From the NCBI GenBank assembly GCA_016185545.1, contig JACPNJ010000005.1, positions 79,013 to 143,012 on the forward strand: a stretch of DNA of 64,000 nt. Direction: 5' to 3'. The notes beneath the pieces were generated by a model. The model saw nothing but the letters and a program-made list of their open reading frames with translations, made no database searches and had not been told where the DNA came from. Within the stretch, counting starts at the first letter, position 1. The number at the start of each line of letters is the position of its first letter. Shown here piece after piece: positions 48,295-57,551 of the stretch. Both the position numbers and the translations under genes were made by a program. Source of the stretch: Candidatus Yanofskybacteria bacterium (GTDB lineage Bacteria; Patescibacteriota; Minisyncoccia; 2-02-FULL-40-12; IGHO2-01-FULL-4-A).

Positions 48295-49890
48295 CTATTT
48301 TTCATCAGAGCCAAGGGATTCCTCCAATATCTTTCGCAATCCGCCGACGTCAATGTTAACTTTGGGTTTTGGCGGCTTGGACTCTATTTTGCGCCCCCTG
48401 AAATCAACCGGGCCTTGTTTGAGAGCTTCGGAAAAAGAAGTAGGTTTGACCGAAGGTTTTGGCGGAACAGCCAGTTTGAATGGCGCGGGTCTTGGTATGA
48501 TTGGCGCAGTGCTCGGCACGGGATTTCGCGGAAAAACCTGCGGTTTTCCCGCACCAAAACGAGGCTGACGCTCATCACTAAATCTTCCAATATCCGCCGT
48601 TACCGGTGCGTGCCATTCGGCAATTTTTTTCTCCACATCTTCACGACGGGCTGAGTAATGTTCTCTGGAGTATTCAATAATCCTTTGGCGATTGCTGACC
48701 GGCAAACGTTTTATCGTTTCCATCGTCATCGCCGAAAATGCCCGTGAAGCCACACCGTCAATCATCAATTTCAGATAAATTTGGCGTTTACCAAGATTTA
48801 CTATATCTGTAGCCATGAATTCCGGCGCCAGCTCTTTTTCTAAAAGTTCAGCATCTTCAGCGCCCACTCGAAAAGAAACAATAGTTCCGACATTGCCGAA
48901 AACTGCGTCTCTGACGCCCTCATCCATTTGAGCAACGTATTGATGGGCGATCATCAAACTCAAGTGATATTTCCGCGCCTCTGATAAGATATTGGCAAAA
49001 GAAGCCGTAGCAAAGTTTTGAAATTCATCAACAACCAATACAAAATCTTTGCGCTCGCGTTCTGGTATGTCAACGCGTGACATCGCGGCAAGCTGGATTT
49101 TTGTAATAATCAGCGCGCCAAGCAATCGTGAGGCGTCTTCGCCTATTCTGCCTTTTGAAATATTGACCAGCAAAATCTTACCTTCATCCATAATACGCCG
49201 CATATCAAGCGTACTTTTAGGCTGGCCGATTATATTTCTGATAAGCGTGGAGGATACAAACTGGCCAACTTTGTTTTGAATTGCCGCCGTTGCCTCTGAA
49301 GCAAACCTGTCGGCATATTTAGCGAATTCTTCGGTCCAAAATGCTTTAACCACCGGATCAGTCAACTGCCTAACGACGTTGGCACGATAATCTTTTTCGG
49401 CAAGCATTCGGTTAATTCCAAGAAGTGTAGAATCTGGGACTTCCAATAATGCTAAAATAGTATTATTAAGTATATACTCCATGCGCGGCGACCAAACATC
49501 AACCCATATTTTCTTGAAAACACCCATCACACCGTCAGCAACAAGATGGCGCTTATCCGGGTCAACCTGTTCCATAACATTGAAAGCAATCGGATATTCC
49601 AAATCAGCCGGATTGATATAGATTACATCTTTAATTCTGTCTTCTGGAATATAATCAAAAAGGTCTTCAACGGGATCGCCGTGCGGGTCAACAAAAGCAA
49701 GTCCCCTACTATCTTGTATGTCCTGAATGGCGATATTTTTAAGCAACTCGGATTTACCCATGCCAGTCTTGCCGATGACATACATATGACGCCGGCGGTC
49801 GTCCATCTTAACGCCAAAAGTCACCTTCTTGTTACGAAAGTTTGTTTCTCCGAATAGAACTACAGGGTTTTGATTCGCTTCGCTCATCAA
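48295..49890 (-). CDS. TraG/TraD/VirD4-like (FtsK-HerA superfamily) P-loop ATPase with disordered Pro-rich C-terminus
   Basis: Walker A GKTGMGKS, Walker B VLVVDEFQN; 531 aa. Confidence 0.55.
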   Translation of the reverse strand: MMSEANQNPVVLFGETNFRNKKVTFGVKMDDRRRHMYVIGKTGMGKSELLKNIAIQDIQDSRGLAFVDPHGDPVEDLFDYIPEDRIKDVIYINPADLEYPIAFNVMEQVDPDKRHLVADGVMGVFKKIWVDVWSPRMEYILNNTILALLEVPDSTLLGINRMLAEKDYRANVVRQLTDPVVKAFWTEEFAKYADRFASEATAAIQNKVGQFVSSTLIRNIIGQPKSTLDMRRIMDEGKILLVNISKGRIGEDASRLLGALIITKIQLAAMSRVDIPERERKDFVLVVDEFQNFATASFANILSEARKYHLSLMIAHQYVAQMDEGVRDAVFGNVGTIVSFRVGAEDAELLEKELAPEFMATDIVNLGKRQIYLKLMIDGVASRAFSAMTMETIKRLPVSNRQRIIEYSREHYSARREDVEKKIAEWHAPVTADIGRFSDERQPRFGAGKPQVFPRNPVPSTAPIIPRPAPFKLAVPPKPSVKPTSFSEALKQGPVDFRGRKIESKPPKPKVNIDVGGLRKILEESLGSDEK

Positions 49891-50020
49891 ATAAATTCAA
49901 AACTCAAATTACAAATTTTAATTGAAGCTCAAAATCTAAATTTTAAAACAGTTTTAGACTTTGAATTTTAGATTTCATTTAAAATTTGGATTTGAAAATT
50001 TGAATTTCTGCCGAATTTGT

Positions 50021-51298
50021 TTATCTGGTCGGTAAACCGGCTGGCGGTTGTCCTTTCTTTGCCTCCACGCGCGGAAACGCTGGCGCTTTTACACCGATAC
50101 CTGGCAAATGGAACAATGTTGCCAGTTCTTCAGTATTTAAAATTATAAACTGGCCAACAAAAGCTCTCTCTCGGTATTTTTGGTAAAGATGCCATTTGCG
50201 CCTGTACTCGCGCTCACGATAAAAAAACCCTTTATCCGATGGGAAAAGCCACGAAAACCATCCTTTATCTTTAGTAATCGTTTTTTTGTTAGGCTTGAAA
50301 CTGTTAAGATTATTGAGATAAAACTGCTTGAGCATACCCATTACCGCAGATATATGCGAGCCATGAAAACGATCTTTGCGGGCAATGTAAAAAAATCTAT
50401 AACCGGATTTGAAACCAAGTTTTGAAATTTTATTTTCAACTTGGTCAAGAGTAAATTTTTGACCAGGCGTAAGCTTTTGCAACGAAAATTCATCTTTTTT
50501 CTTTTCTTCATGCACCGGCGTTCCGCCGGGTAAAAGTAGATCAATAAAATCCACTACCTTGCCCAAAGAGCCACGCTCAACTTTGGGCTCTTTGCCAATA
50601 ATTTTATCTACTTCAGTCTTGGCTTCTTTTACCCAAGCATCACCCGTAGCTCTAATCGTAAGCTGCAGCCATATATGCTCACCCGATTCCAGCGCGCTCA
50701 TGATTTCGGCCAACGGCGCTAGAGGATCAGTCCGTTTGAATTCATCCTTGCCTGATTCTTCTTCAAAAAAGGGATAGGTTTTAATCGGATAGGCATCAGG
50801 TCTTGTAAAAACCAATTCTGTACCAAAAAGATCATATTCATCATTAGGAAGATACTCTGGCAACTGTGTGATATAGTCATCAGCTATTTTAATTTCAGCA
50901 TCCGGATATTGGGCAAAAATCTGCGCTTCAATCAAATTGCGCAGATCTTCTGGGGTTCTTATATAAAAATTGGTTTCGCCGCCATTGCCGACTATTTCAA
51001 ACGAAAGCCAGGGTTGAACCTTGCCTTTGAAAAATTCATCTTTCCAGCTTACGGAACCAGTGTAAAGCGCATGAAGGCCAGCAAAAATGTTTTCAGCTAT
51101 CTTCGGGCTTTTTTGGACATCGGGTGGAGGTTTAATTTCAAGTAAGACCCACTTTATGGAAAGAAGGTATTGTTTTCTTACATAAAAAAGCCAGCCGTCA
51201 AGCGCGCCGAAAAATAACAAAAACGGGGTGAATGTCCACCAGTAGTGTGCTAACAAGTAAAAAGATGTTTTTAGTGGACTAAGAACGTCGAGAAACAA
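50021..51298 (-). CDS. hypothetical membrane protein (2 N-terminal TM helices plus large cytoplasmic domain)
   Basis: 425 aa; 130 nt downstream of the ATPase gene on the same strand; TTG start. Confidence 0.45.
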   Translation of the reverse strand: MFLDVLSPLKTSFYLLAHYWWTFTPFLLFFGALDGWLFYVRKQYLLSIKWVLLEIKPPPDVQKSPKIAENIFAGLHALYTGSVSWKDEFFKGKVQPWLSFEIVGNGGETNFYIRTPEDLRNLIEAQIFAQYPDAEIKIADDYITQLPEYLPNDEYDLFGTELVFTRPDAYPIKTYPFFEEESGKDEFKRTDPLAPLAEIMSALESGEHIWLQLTIRATGDAWVKEAKTEVDKIIGKEPKVERGSLGKVVDFIDLLLPGGTPVHEEKKKDEFSLQKLTPGQKFTLDQVENKISKLGFKSGYRFFYIARKDRFHGSHISAVMGMLKQFYLNNLNSFKPNKKTITKDKGWFSWLFPSDKGFFYREREYRRKWHLYQKYRERAFVGQFIILNTEELATLFHLPGIGVKAPAFPRVEAKKGQPPAGLPTR

Positions 51299-51303
51299 AA
51301 ATC

Positions 51304-51402
51304 AGGTGTCAGGTGTCAGGTGTCAGGTGTCAGGTGTCAAAGTTTAGAAGTTATTTTATCTTATACTCTGTAACCTGTAACCTGTAACCTGTAACCTGTA
51401 AC
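51304..51402. repeat. (CAGGTGT)x5 and (CTGTAAC)x5 heptamer arrays filling the 100-bp intergenic region
   Basis: caggtgtcaggtgtcaggtgtcaggtgtcaggtgt ... ctgtaacctgtaacctgtaacctgtaacctgtaac; the first abuts the start at 51298, the second abuts the stop at 51402. Confidence 0.9.
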
Positions 51403-52517
51403 TAGGCCTCCTTGAGGGCATAAATCCCGTTGCCTTTTTTATCAAAAGTTTTAGAATCCTGCAGATTTAAAAGTATGGTGTTTTCTTTGACCATGCGGTG
51501 AGATAATACTTGCGACACTATTTCTTTTTTGTGCATCGGCTGACCGGCTGAATGCAGAAGATCAGTAATTACATCCTTGACGGTACCGGCTTTATAACCC
51601 CAATCGGCCAAACCATATAAACCACGACCAACCAGAACAAATCTTTTATCTTTAATCAATTCATTATGGACTGTCTGGACATTAGCTCTGCGGTTATCAA
51701 AACCGGATACATTGATGAGTCGGGTAATCTCGCGAAAATGCTTGGGCTTGCCATCGCGCTTCAATACTAAGAAGGCCTTGTCTCTGACACCTCTGGGTTT
51801 AATATCCGACCAATTGGCCAAACCAATTTGGCCGAAATTATTCTTGGCTATATTTTGTGAAATTGAAAGATAAGAAGCGACTATTGCCGGGGTTACGTCT
51901 TTAAGCGAGGCACCTGATTTTTTATAAAAATCCACGACGGCCGATTCTGCAATAGGGGCATTTTCCTTCTCTAAAACATTCATAAAAATAGAAAGTGATT
52001 TTTTAAAATATTCGGCGTGCTGGTCAGATAAAGCCCAGTATGCATGGAGGTCGTCAGTTTCTGCAAACTTCTTAAGTCGTTCATCAAGAAACAGAAAAAA
52101 AACTAAAGCGGCATTAGCCGGGTTCTCTTTAGCAACTCCGGAAAATTTAGCAAAGAGATTATCTTCCCTGCTAACTCCACCGGCCTGTTCAAGAATATTT
52201 TCGGCAAGACTGACAAACGGCTTAACCTTGGCGGCTATTCCGTCATTCAAGTTTCCCCTGATTTGTTTCAGTGAAACTTCCTCAATCTGTCTGACTCTTT
52301 CACGGGTTATGCCATAGCTTTTACCTATGGATTCAAGAGTTTCTTTCTTACCTGTTTTCAAGCCAAAACGACGTGAAATCACATCTTTATTCCTGGTACT
52401 TAAAACCGCAAGTACCTGTCCGACCACCCCCCTGATTGTAGCAGTTAAATTGGGCATACAAGCTTGTCCAAGAGCAAGGAGCGAAGCAACAAAGCGATTG
52501 GGTAACAAGGTTAGCAC
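51402..52517 (-). CDS. sigma-70 region-4 HTH domain protein with ~270-aa C-terminal domain of unknown function
   Basis: ISRRFGLKTGKKETLESIGKSYGITRERVRQIEEVSLKQIR is a canonical sigma-70 r4.2; no regions 2/3. Confidence 0.5.
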   Translation of the reverse strand: MLTLLPNRFVASLLALGQACMPNLTATIRGVVGQVLAVLSTRNKDVISRRFGLKTGKKETLESIGKSYGITRERVRQIEEVSLKQIRGNLNDGIAAKVKPFVSLAENILEQAGGVSREDNLFAKFSGVAKENPANAALVFFLFLDERLKKFAETDDLHAYWALSDQHAEYFKKSLSIFMNVLEKENAPIAESAVVDFYKKSGASLKDVTPAIVASYLSISQNIAKNNFGQIGLANWSDIKPRGVRDKAFLVLKRDGKPKHFREITRLINVSGFDNRRANVQTVHNELIKDKRFVLVGRGLYGLADWGYKAGTVKDVITDLLHSAGQPMHKKEIVSQVLSHRMVKENTILLNLQDSKTFDKKGNGIYALKEA

Positions 52518-52775
52518 CCCGCCCTCTATGCACTTTAATAGCTTAGAAGGTGGGGTAAATAACTACTACCATGCTCGCTACACTACGCTTGCTGCGCGTG
52601 GGCATTTATTTAAAGATACCATATAGTTTCTAACGGGTCAATCACTTAACATATCAACATATAACTATGGAGTATGACGTGTCAACCCCGTACGAGGCAG
52701 AGGCACGCTGCGTGCCCTCGCGGCCTCGTTCGGGGTCAACCCCGAAATGAACTTTCTGGAAAATCTACTATGGGG

Positions 52776-53663
52776 TCAGCCACTTCTTTTTCCACTTAAC
52801 CATACAAGGATCGGAGAAGCGACAAAGATTGACGAATAGGCTCCGGAAAAAATACCGATAATCAAAGCCAGAGCGAAATATTTGATTGATTCTCCGCCAA
52901 AAAAGAATATGGCAATAAGCGCGAGCAAGGTGGTAAACGTCGTATTCAGTGAACGTACCAATGTTTGCATTATGCTCTTGTGGACCAGCTCTCCAAAACC
53001 CTGACTGGAACCCAGTCGCAAAACATTTTCCCTGATCCTATCAAACACCACCACGGAATCAGATAGTGAATAACCGAGTATGGTCAGCGCCGCCGCCACA
53101 AAAATTGCGGTAATTTCAATACCAAAATAATAGCCCAGCAGCGCGAAAACACCGACGGGTATGACAATATCATGAATCAAGGCAATAATAGCGGCTAAAC
53201 CCATAGCCCATGGCGATAATGCGCGCGATATTTTCCTAAAAACAAATGCGACATACGCAATGATTGCGGCAAGCATTATTATTATCGCGGTGACGCTTTT
53301 GCTTCTTAACTCCTTGCCTATGGTGGGACCGATGGAATCAAAACGGCTTTCATTTATCTCGCCGAATTTATCGGAAATTTTGTCTAAAATATTTTGATGG
53401 GTTTGTTCGTCAATACTGTTCAAACGAATCAGTATTCCCCGCTCTCCGACCGGACTGATATTTATGTCTTTGGCGCCTGAAATCGCACCAATGACACCGC
53501 TAAGTTCGGCAGTTGGCGGACGGTTTTCCTTAAAAACAATTTCCATTACCGCTCCGCCCCTGAAATCAACGCCAAACCGCAAGCCGAAAACAGCTGTTAC
53601 AATAATCGCAGTGACGGTCAGCGCCATAGAAATGAAAAACATGATTTTATATACAGGTTTCAT
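52776..53663 (-). CDS. secF: protein translocase subunit SecF
   Basis: 295 aa, 6 TM helices, SecDF P1-head-like periplasmic part. Confidence 0.88.
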   Translation of the reverse strand: MKPVYKIMFFISMALTVTAIIVTAVFGLRFGVDFRGGAVMEIVFKENRPPTAELSGVIGAISGAKDINISPVGERGILIRLNSIDEQTHQNILDKISDKFGEINESRFDSIGPTIGKELRSKSVTAIIIMLAAIIAYVAFVFRKISRALSPWAMGLAAIIALIHDIVIPVGVFALLGYYFGIEITAIFVAAALTILGYSLSDSVVVFDRIRENVLRLGSSQGFGELVHKSIMQTLVRSLNTTFTTLLALIAIFFFGGESIKYFALALIIGIFSGAYSSIFVASPILVWLSGKRSG

Positions 53664-53705
53664 AAAATATCAATTGGATTTTGGATTTTGACATTGGAAT
53701 TTATT

Positions 53706-55055
53706 TCAGAATAGCCATCTCCTCTTTTCTAGCTTTTGCCCTATAAATAATCTCAAAAATGATTTAGTCACGACTATTGAGCTGAATAAACTCATTAATA
53801 CTCCAATGCCCAGTGTTAAAGCAAAACCTTTGACTACCGAGATTGAAAAAATATACAAAATAATGGCACCCAGTATAGTCGTCACGTGACTGTCGCGTAT
53901 TGAATACCAGGCCCGATGGAAACCTTCGTTAAATGACTGCGGCAATGATTTACCTGCCTTAAATTCCTCGCGAAAACGGGCAAAAATTAAAACATTGGCA
54001 TCAACGGCCATGCCCAGAGATAGTATGAATCCGGCAATACCAGCCAGGGTCAGCGTGACTGGTACCAGTTTATAAATAGCCAGAACGATAATGGTATAAA
54101 TCAAAAGCGCCAGAACTGAAACCACGCCGGGAAGACGATAAAAAAGTATCATGAAAATTGCTACCAGCAATAAGCCATAAAGACCGGCCCGGAGAGATCT
54201 TTGGAGTGATTCCTGCCCCAATGATGGACCGATTGTCTGCTGTGAAATGAGCGTTATTGGAACCGGCAAAGCGCCAGCATTAAGATTATTGGCAAGATCC
54301 CTCGCTTCTTTTATCGTAAATCCACCGCTGATAACGGCGCGACCGCCCTGTATTTCGCTTTGGACTGTTGGCGCGCTTATGACCAAACCGTCAATATATA
54401 TGGCGACTCGTTTACCGAGATTGCGTCTGGTGATTTCAGCGAATAACTTAGCACCATCATCGTTCAGTTCCAGTGATATTTGCGGCTGTGATGTGGTTTG
54501 ATCAAAGGCAAGCTGGGAACGTTTGAGATGCTTGCCGGTCAGACCGGTTGATTGAAAATACGGGTCTTCGCCAAGCTGTTGGCCTTTTTGCTGGGCATCA
54601 AGGATTTTTTGTGATTCTTCCTGTGTTCGTTCTTCCTTGAATTCTAGAAACGGCGTTTGGCCTATCATTTGGATTGCTTGGTTAACATCGCTGATACCGG
54701 CCAGCTCCACAACCAATCTGTCTCTGCCCTCTATCTGAACTAACGGTTCGGCTACACCAAAAAGATTGACTCTGCGCTCTATTACATCGCGCACACCGGC
54801 CATGGCATCACCAGCATCCTGTCCGCTACTGTCGGAAAGATCGGCTTGATAAACCAAATGGGTACCACCAAGAAGGTCTAAACCGAGACGAAATGACGGA
54901 ACTTTAAACATATGCGGAACTTTGAACTTTGAACTTTGAACTTTGAGTTTAGCGTTAACGATGTCCGCCCCCTTGTCCCATCCTTGCGGATACACAAAAA
55001 CCGCCAAAAACAGTGCGGCGGCCAAAATTATCAGCGGTGTAAATTTACGAAGCAT
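53706..55055 (-). CDS. secD: protein translocase subunit SecD
   Basis: 449 aa; SecD architecture (LLGGTHLVY... and C-terminal TMs). Confidence 0.88.
   Translation of the reverse strand: MLRKFTPLIILAAALFLAVFVYPQGWDKGADIVNAKLKVQSSKFKVPHMFKVPSFRLGLDLLGGTHLVYQADLSDSSGQDAGDAMAGVRDVIERRVNLFGVAEPLVQIEGRDRLVVELAGISDVNQAIQMIGQTPFLEFKEERTQEESQKILDAQQKGQQLGEDPYFQSTGLTGKHLKRSQLAFDQTTSQPQISLELNDDGAKLFAEITRRNLGKRVAIYIDGLVISAPTVQSEIQGGRAVISGGFTIKEARDLANNLNAGALPVPITLISQQTIGPSLGQESLQRSLRAGLYGLLLVAIFMILFYRLPGVVSVLALLIYTIIVLAIYKLVPVTLTLAGIAGFILSLGMAVDANVLIFARFREEFKAGKSLPQSFNEGFHRAWYSIRDSHVTTILGAIILYIFSISVVKGFALTLGIGVLMSLFSSIVVTKSFLRLFIGQKLEKRRWLF
54917..54950. repeat. (GAACTTT)x4 heptamer array in the SecD N-terminal region
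   Basis: Encodes KFKVPHMFKVPSF. Confidence 0.85.
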
Positions 55056-55154
55056 TGTTTGATAATAAAATATTTATACCTCAAAATCAAGACCGTGAGA
55101 CCTCGTCAAAAACAAAAGCCAAGTTTCCTTGGCTAATCAGCGGCTACAAACCCT

Positions 55155-55526
55155 TTAGTTTAATGCATCATTTGACTGGTCTTGAACTAAACTGGAAATC
55201 CTATTTGGATATTTGTGAATAGTGGCTCCAGGAAATTTTTTATTAATATATGCTACTGCCATTTCAGGGGTCTCGAAATACAATTCATGTTCTTGTGAGG
55301 CGTAATCTCCATCACCAGTGTTATATGAAATTATACCAGAACTAACCTTGGTCCAAAAACCAATCGGATACCAACCCATAAATCTTTGTATGTAAAATTC
55401 TTTTCTAATTGGCTCGCCCCACCCTTTCGTTTTTCCGTAGCTTTCCCATGCTTTTAACGTTGCCTCGTCATATTTATTTATCCGTTCTTTTCTTATACGA
55501 AATAACATTGGCTCCTCCTTATTCAA
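55155..55526 (-). CDS. hypothetical protein
   Basis: 123 aa, Trp/Tyr-rich; no recognisable domain. Confidence 0.4.
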   Translation of the reverse strand: MNKEEPMLFRIRKERINKYDEATLKAWESYGKTKGWGEPIRKEFYIQRFMGWYPIGFWTKVSSGIISYNTGDGDYASQEHELYFETPEMAVAYINKKFPGATIHKYPNRISSLVQDQSNDALN

Positions 55527-55632
55527 TTGAAAAAGATCATACCTGCTGGAAATAAGGCAATTTTAGGCCACTTCCAACATCGATATCATCTTAACATGTA
55601 TAGTGCTAGATTGTCAACATTTCGTTGGCTCA

Positions 55633-55687
55633 ATCAAAAATTACAAACCGGGAACCCACGATGTAATCATCGGGGGTGATTTTTATC
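55633..55687 (-). repeat. repetitive module copy (ATCAAAAATTACAAACC - hairpin cccacgatg/catcggggg - GGGGGTGATTTTTATC)
   Basis: Inverted homolog of 44754..44820; the hairpin sequence differs but the pairing is preserved. Confidence 0.6.
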
Positions 55688-55911
55688 GTTAGCAAATTGC
55701 TAAAACCAAAAACATTAGAGCGCACCCCGTCAAAAATTATTCAGAGCAAACCATATTGCCTTTTGGGACTTCTGGGATTGTCCCAATTTAGACTAGAGCG
55801 ACATCCTTTGATTTTAAAACATTTGTACCGAGTGACTGATTTATATAACGACTAGAGCGAGCCCCTTAGTTTTTCGTCATTCATCTGTCAACTAACAAAT
55901 TAGCAAAGCGA

Positions 55912-56026
55912 GCGTTAAAAATTGTCGGGTAACGCCAAGACTAGTCGGAAAACGCGCAGAAAACGAAGCTTTAGCTGAAGTTTTCAAGCGGCAAACGGAG
56001 AACTGGTCTGTGTCCGATAATTTAGC
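55912..56026 (+). ncRNA. structured element copy R (about 115 bp; candidate ncRNA)
   Basis: See copy L; closing helix aaattgtcggg/tccgataattt tolerates G-T on the + strand only. Confidence 0.5.
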
Positions 56027-56085
56027 GAGCTTTGCGTATATTTGTAGGCAGACATGATGTTGTAAGAAAAATTAAGGGGCCCGCG

Positions 56086-57540
56086 TCACTCTTCTGGTAA
56101 TTTTTCACGCGACACTCTCGGCTTCTGTTTTTCCAACCACTCCTTGAGGAATAGCGTTGCTTTTACATCGTCTTCGTTGTATTTGATGATTTTGTCCATG
56201 ATTTTTTGGTCTTTGGTTTTGAGCCAGTCATTGTACCAAACCACTGACTCGGCACCGCCGGCGTCTTCGGCCTGCCATTTGAAACCAAGGTACTTGGCTA
56301 CATCTTTCAAGCTGTAAAAATAAATCGGTAAAACCGCCGCCTCTATAAACGACCAATGCAAATCAATAGTATTATTCTTAAACTTATCTTCTAGCGCCAG
56401 TGAAATACCGTATTTATTACCCAAACGCTTGAAAACTTCGCGCTCATAGTATGAATAGTGGTAAATCACAAAATCCTCCAATGATTCCAAAAAATCAAGA
56501 AATTCACGCCAAGCCCTTTCCTCGTCTTTTTTATCCTGTGCCAAAAAGTATTTGTATGTTGGCTCTTTCTTGCCACTTTCTATAAGCATGCCCAAAAGAT
56601 AATCAATGCCTTCGGTGGGGTCCGATTCTATATCAAAGTAAATCTCATTTTCCACTTGCGGAAATTCGCTTTTTTTGAGAATTCTAGGTTCGTTTGAAAT
56701 CAAAACCTGGGCCTGATTATAAAAACGCAGGATTTTATCAAACGGCCAGTCTTCAAGACGGGAACGCAAAAAATCCAAATCAGCCGAAGCCAAGTCATTT
56801 ACAGTATGAATACCGAGCTCATAAAGTCGCCGCTGATCGTTCTGGCTCAATTTATAAATTAACGAAACGTCATCGCAACCCTTCGTTTCTTCAACGCATA
56901 AAGAATACCAAGGCGATTGCTTACAACCGCTTTTTAGAAACGGGGGGGGTTTTTCGCCGGCAAGCACCCGCTCTATCCTTTCTCGTGTCAGATGAAAATA
57001 ATCTAAAAAATCATCAACCATGAATGACCGCTCCTCGCCATCGGAATTGATGATGTGGGCATCGCGGGGCAAAACACCCTGCAATCTTTCTAAAATTAAA
57101 CTGTAAAAAACAAGCTGGAACTTGTACTCATCGCGTATTTCTTTGCCGCTTTTAATGTCATAGACAACATAATAATGATCGCCAAGATTTGATTTCATCC
57201 CCTTTTCTACGGGACGGGCTTCAAGCAAATCAGGTATCCCGACCCAATTTTCATCCATCAATACACCATGATAAATATTTTTGCCCTGTTTCATCAGTTC
57301 AAGAGTCGCCAAAAATGCCTCATCAAGATCGTGGAAAAATTCCGGTTTTATTTCTTCAAAATTCCGGCCCTTGATCATTTCCAGCTCATGCTTCAATCCG
57401 CCGCGGTGAATCATTTCAATCAGCGGCGGGATTTCACCCTTCTTCGCCTGCTCGCCGTAAATGTCATACCAAATCCAGTGGGGACATTGGAAAAATTTAT
57501 AAAAATGCTCCCCGGTCAATTTTGGCTTTTTATCAGTCAT
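56086..57540 (-). CDS. TM0106-family RecB-like nuclease (Cas4-like PD-(D/E)XK plus RNase H-like domain)
   Basis: FFQCPHWIW, IPDLL...VYDIKSG, C-x-C-x-C cluster (SGCKQSPWYSLCVEETKGC), then YFDIESDP exonuclease-like motif. Confidence 0.6.
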   Translation of the reverse strand: MTDKKPKLTGEHFYKFFQCPHWIWYDIYGEQAKKGEIPPLIEMIHRGGLKHELEMIKGRNFEEIKPEFFHDLDEAFLATLELMKQGKNIYHGVLMDENWVGIPDLLEARPVEKGMKSNLGDHYYVVYDIKSGKEIRDEYKFQLVFYSLILERLQGVLPRDAHIINSDGEERSFMVDDFLDYFHLTRERIERVLAGEKPPPFLKSGCKQSPWYSLCVEETKGCDDVSLIYKLSQNDQRRLYELGIHTVNDLASADLDFLRSRLEDWPFDKILRFYNQAQVLISNEPRILKKSEFPQVENEIYFDIESDPTEGIDYLLGMLIESGKKEPTYKYFLAQDKKDEERAWREFLDFLESLEDFVIYHYSYYEREVFKRLGNKYGISLALEDKFKNNTIDLHWSFIEAAVLPIYFYSLKDVAKYLGFKWQAEDAGGAESVVWYNDWLKTKDQKIMDKIIKYNEDDVKATLFLKEWLEKQKPRVSREKLPEE

Positions 57541-57551
57541 TTTATCGGGAT

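Noticed and set aside
51304-51402. Tandem heptamer arrays considered as CRISPR arrays
   Set aside because: Units are 7 nt with no spacers and no cas genes nearby. CRISPR repeats are 23-50 nt and separated by unique spacers.
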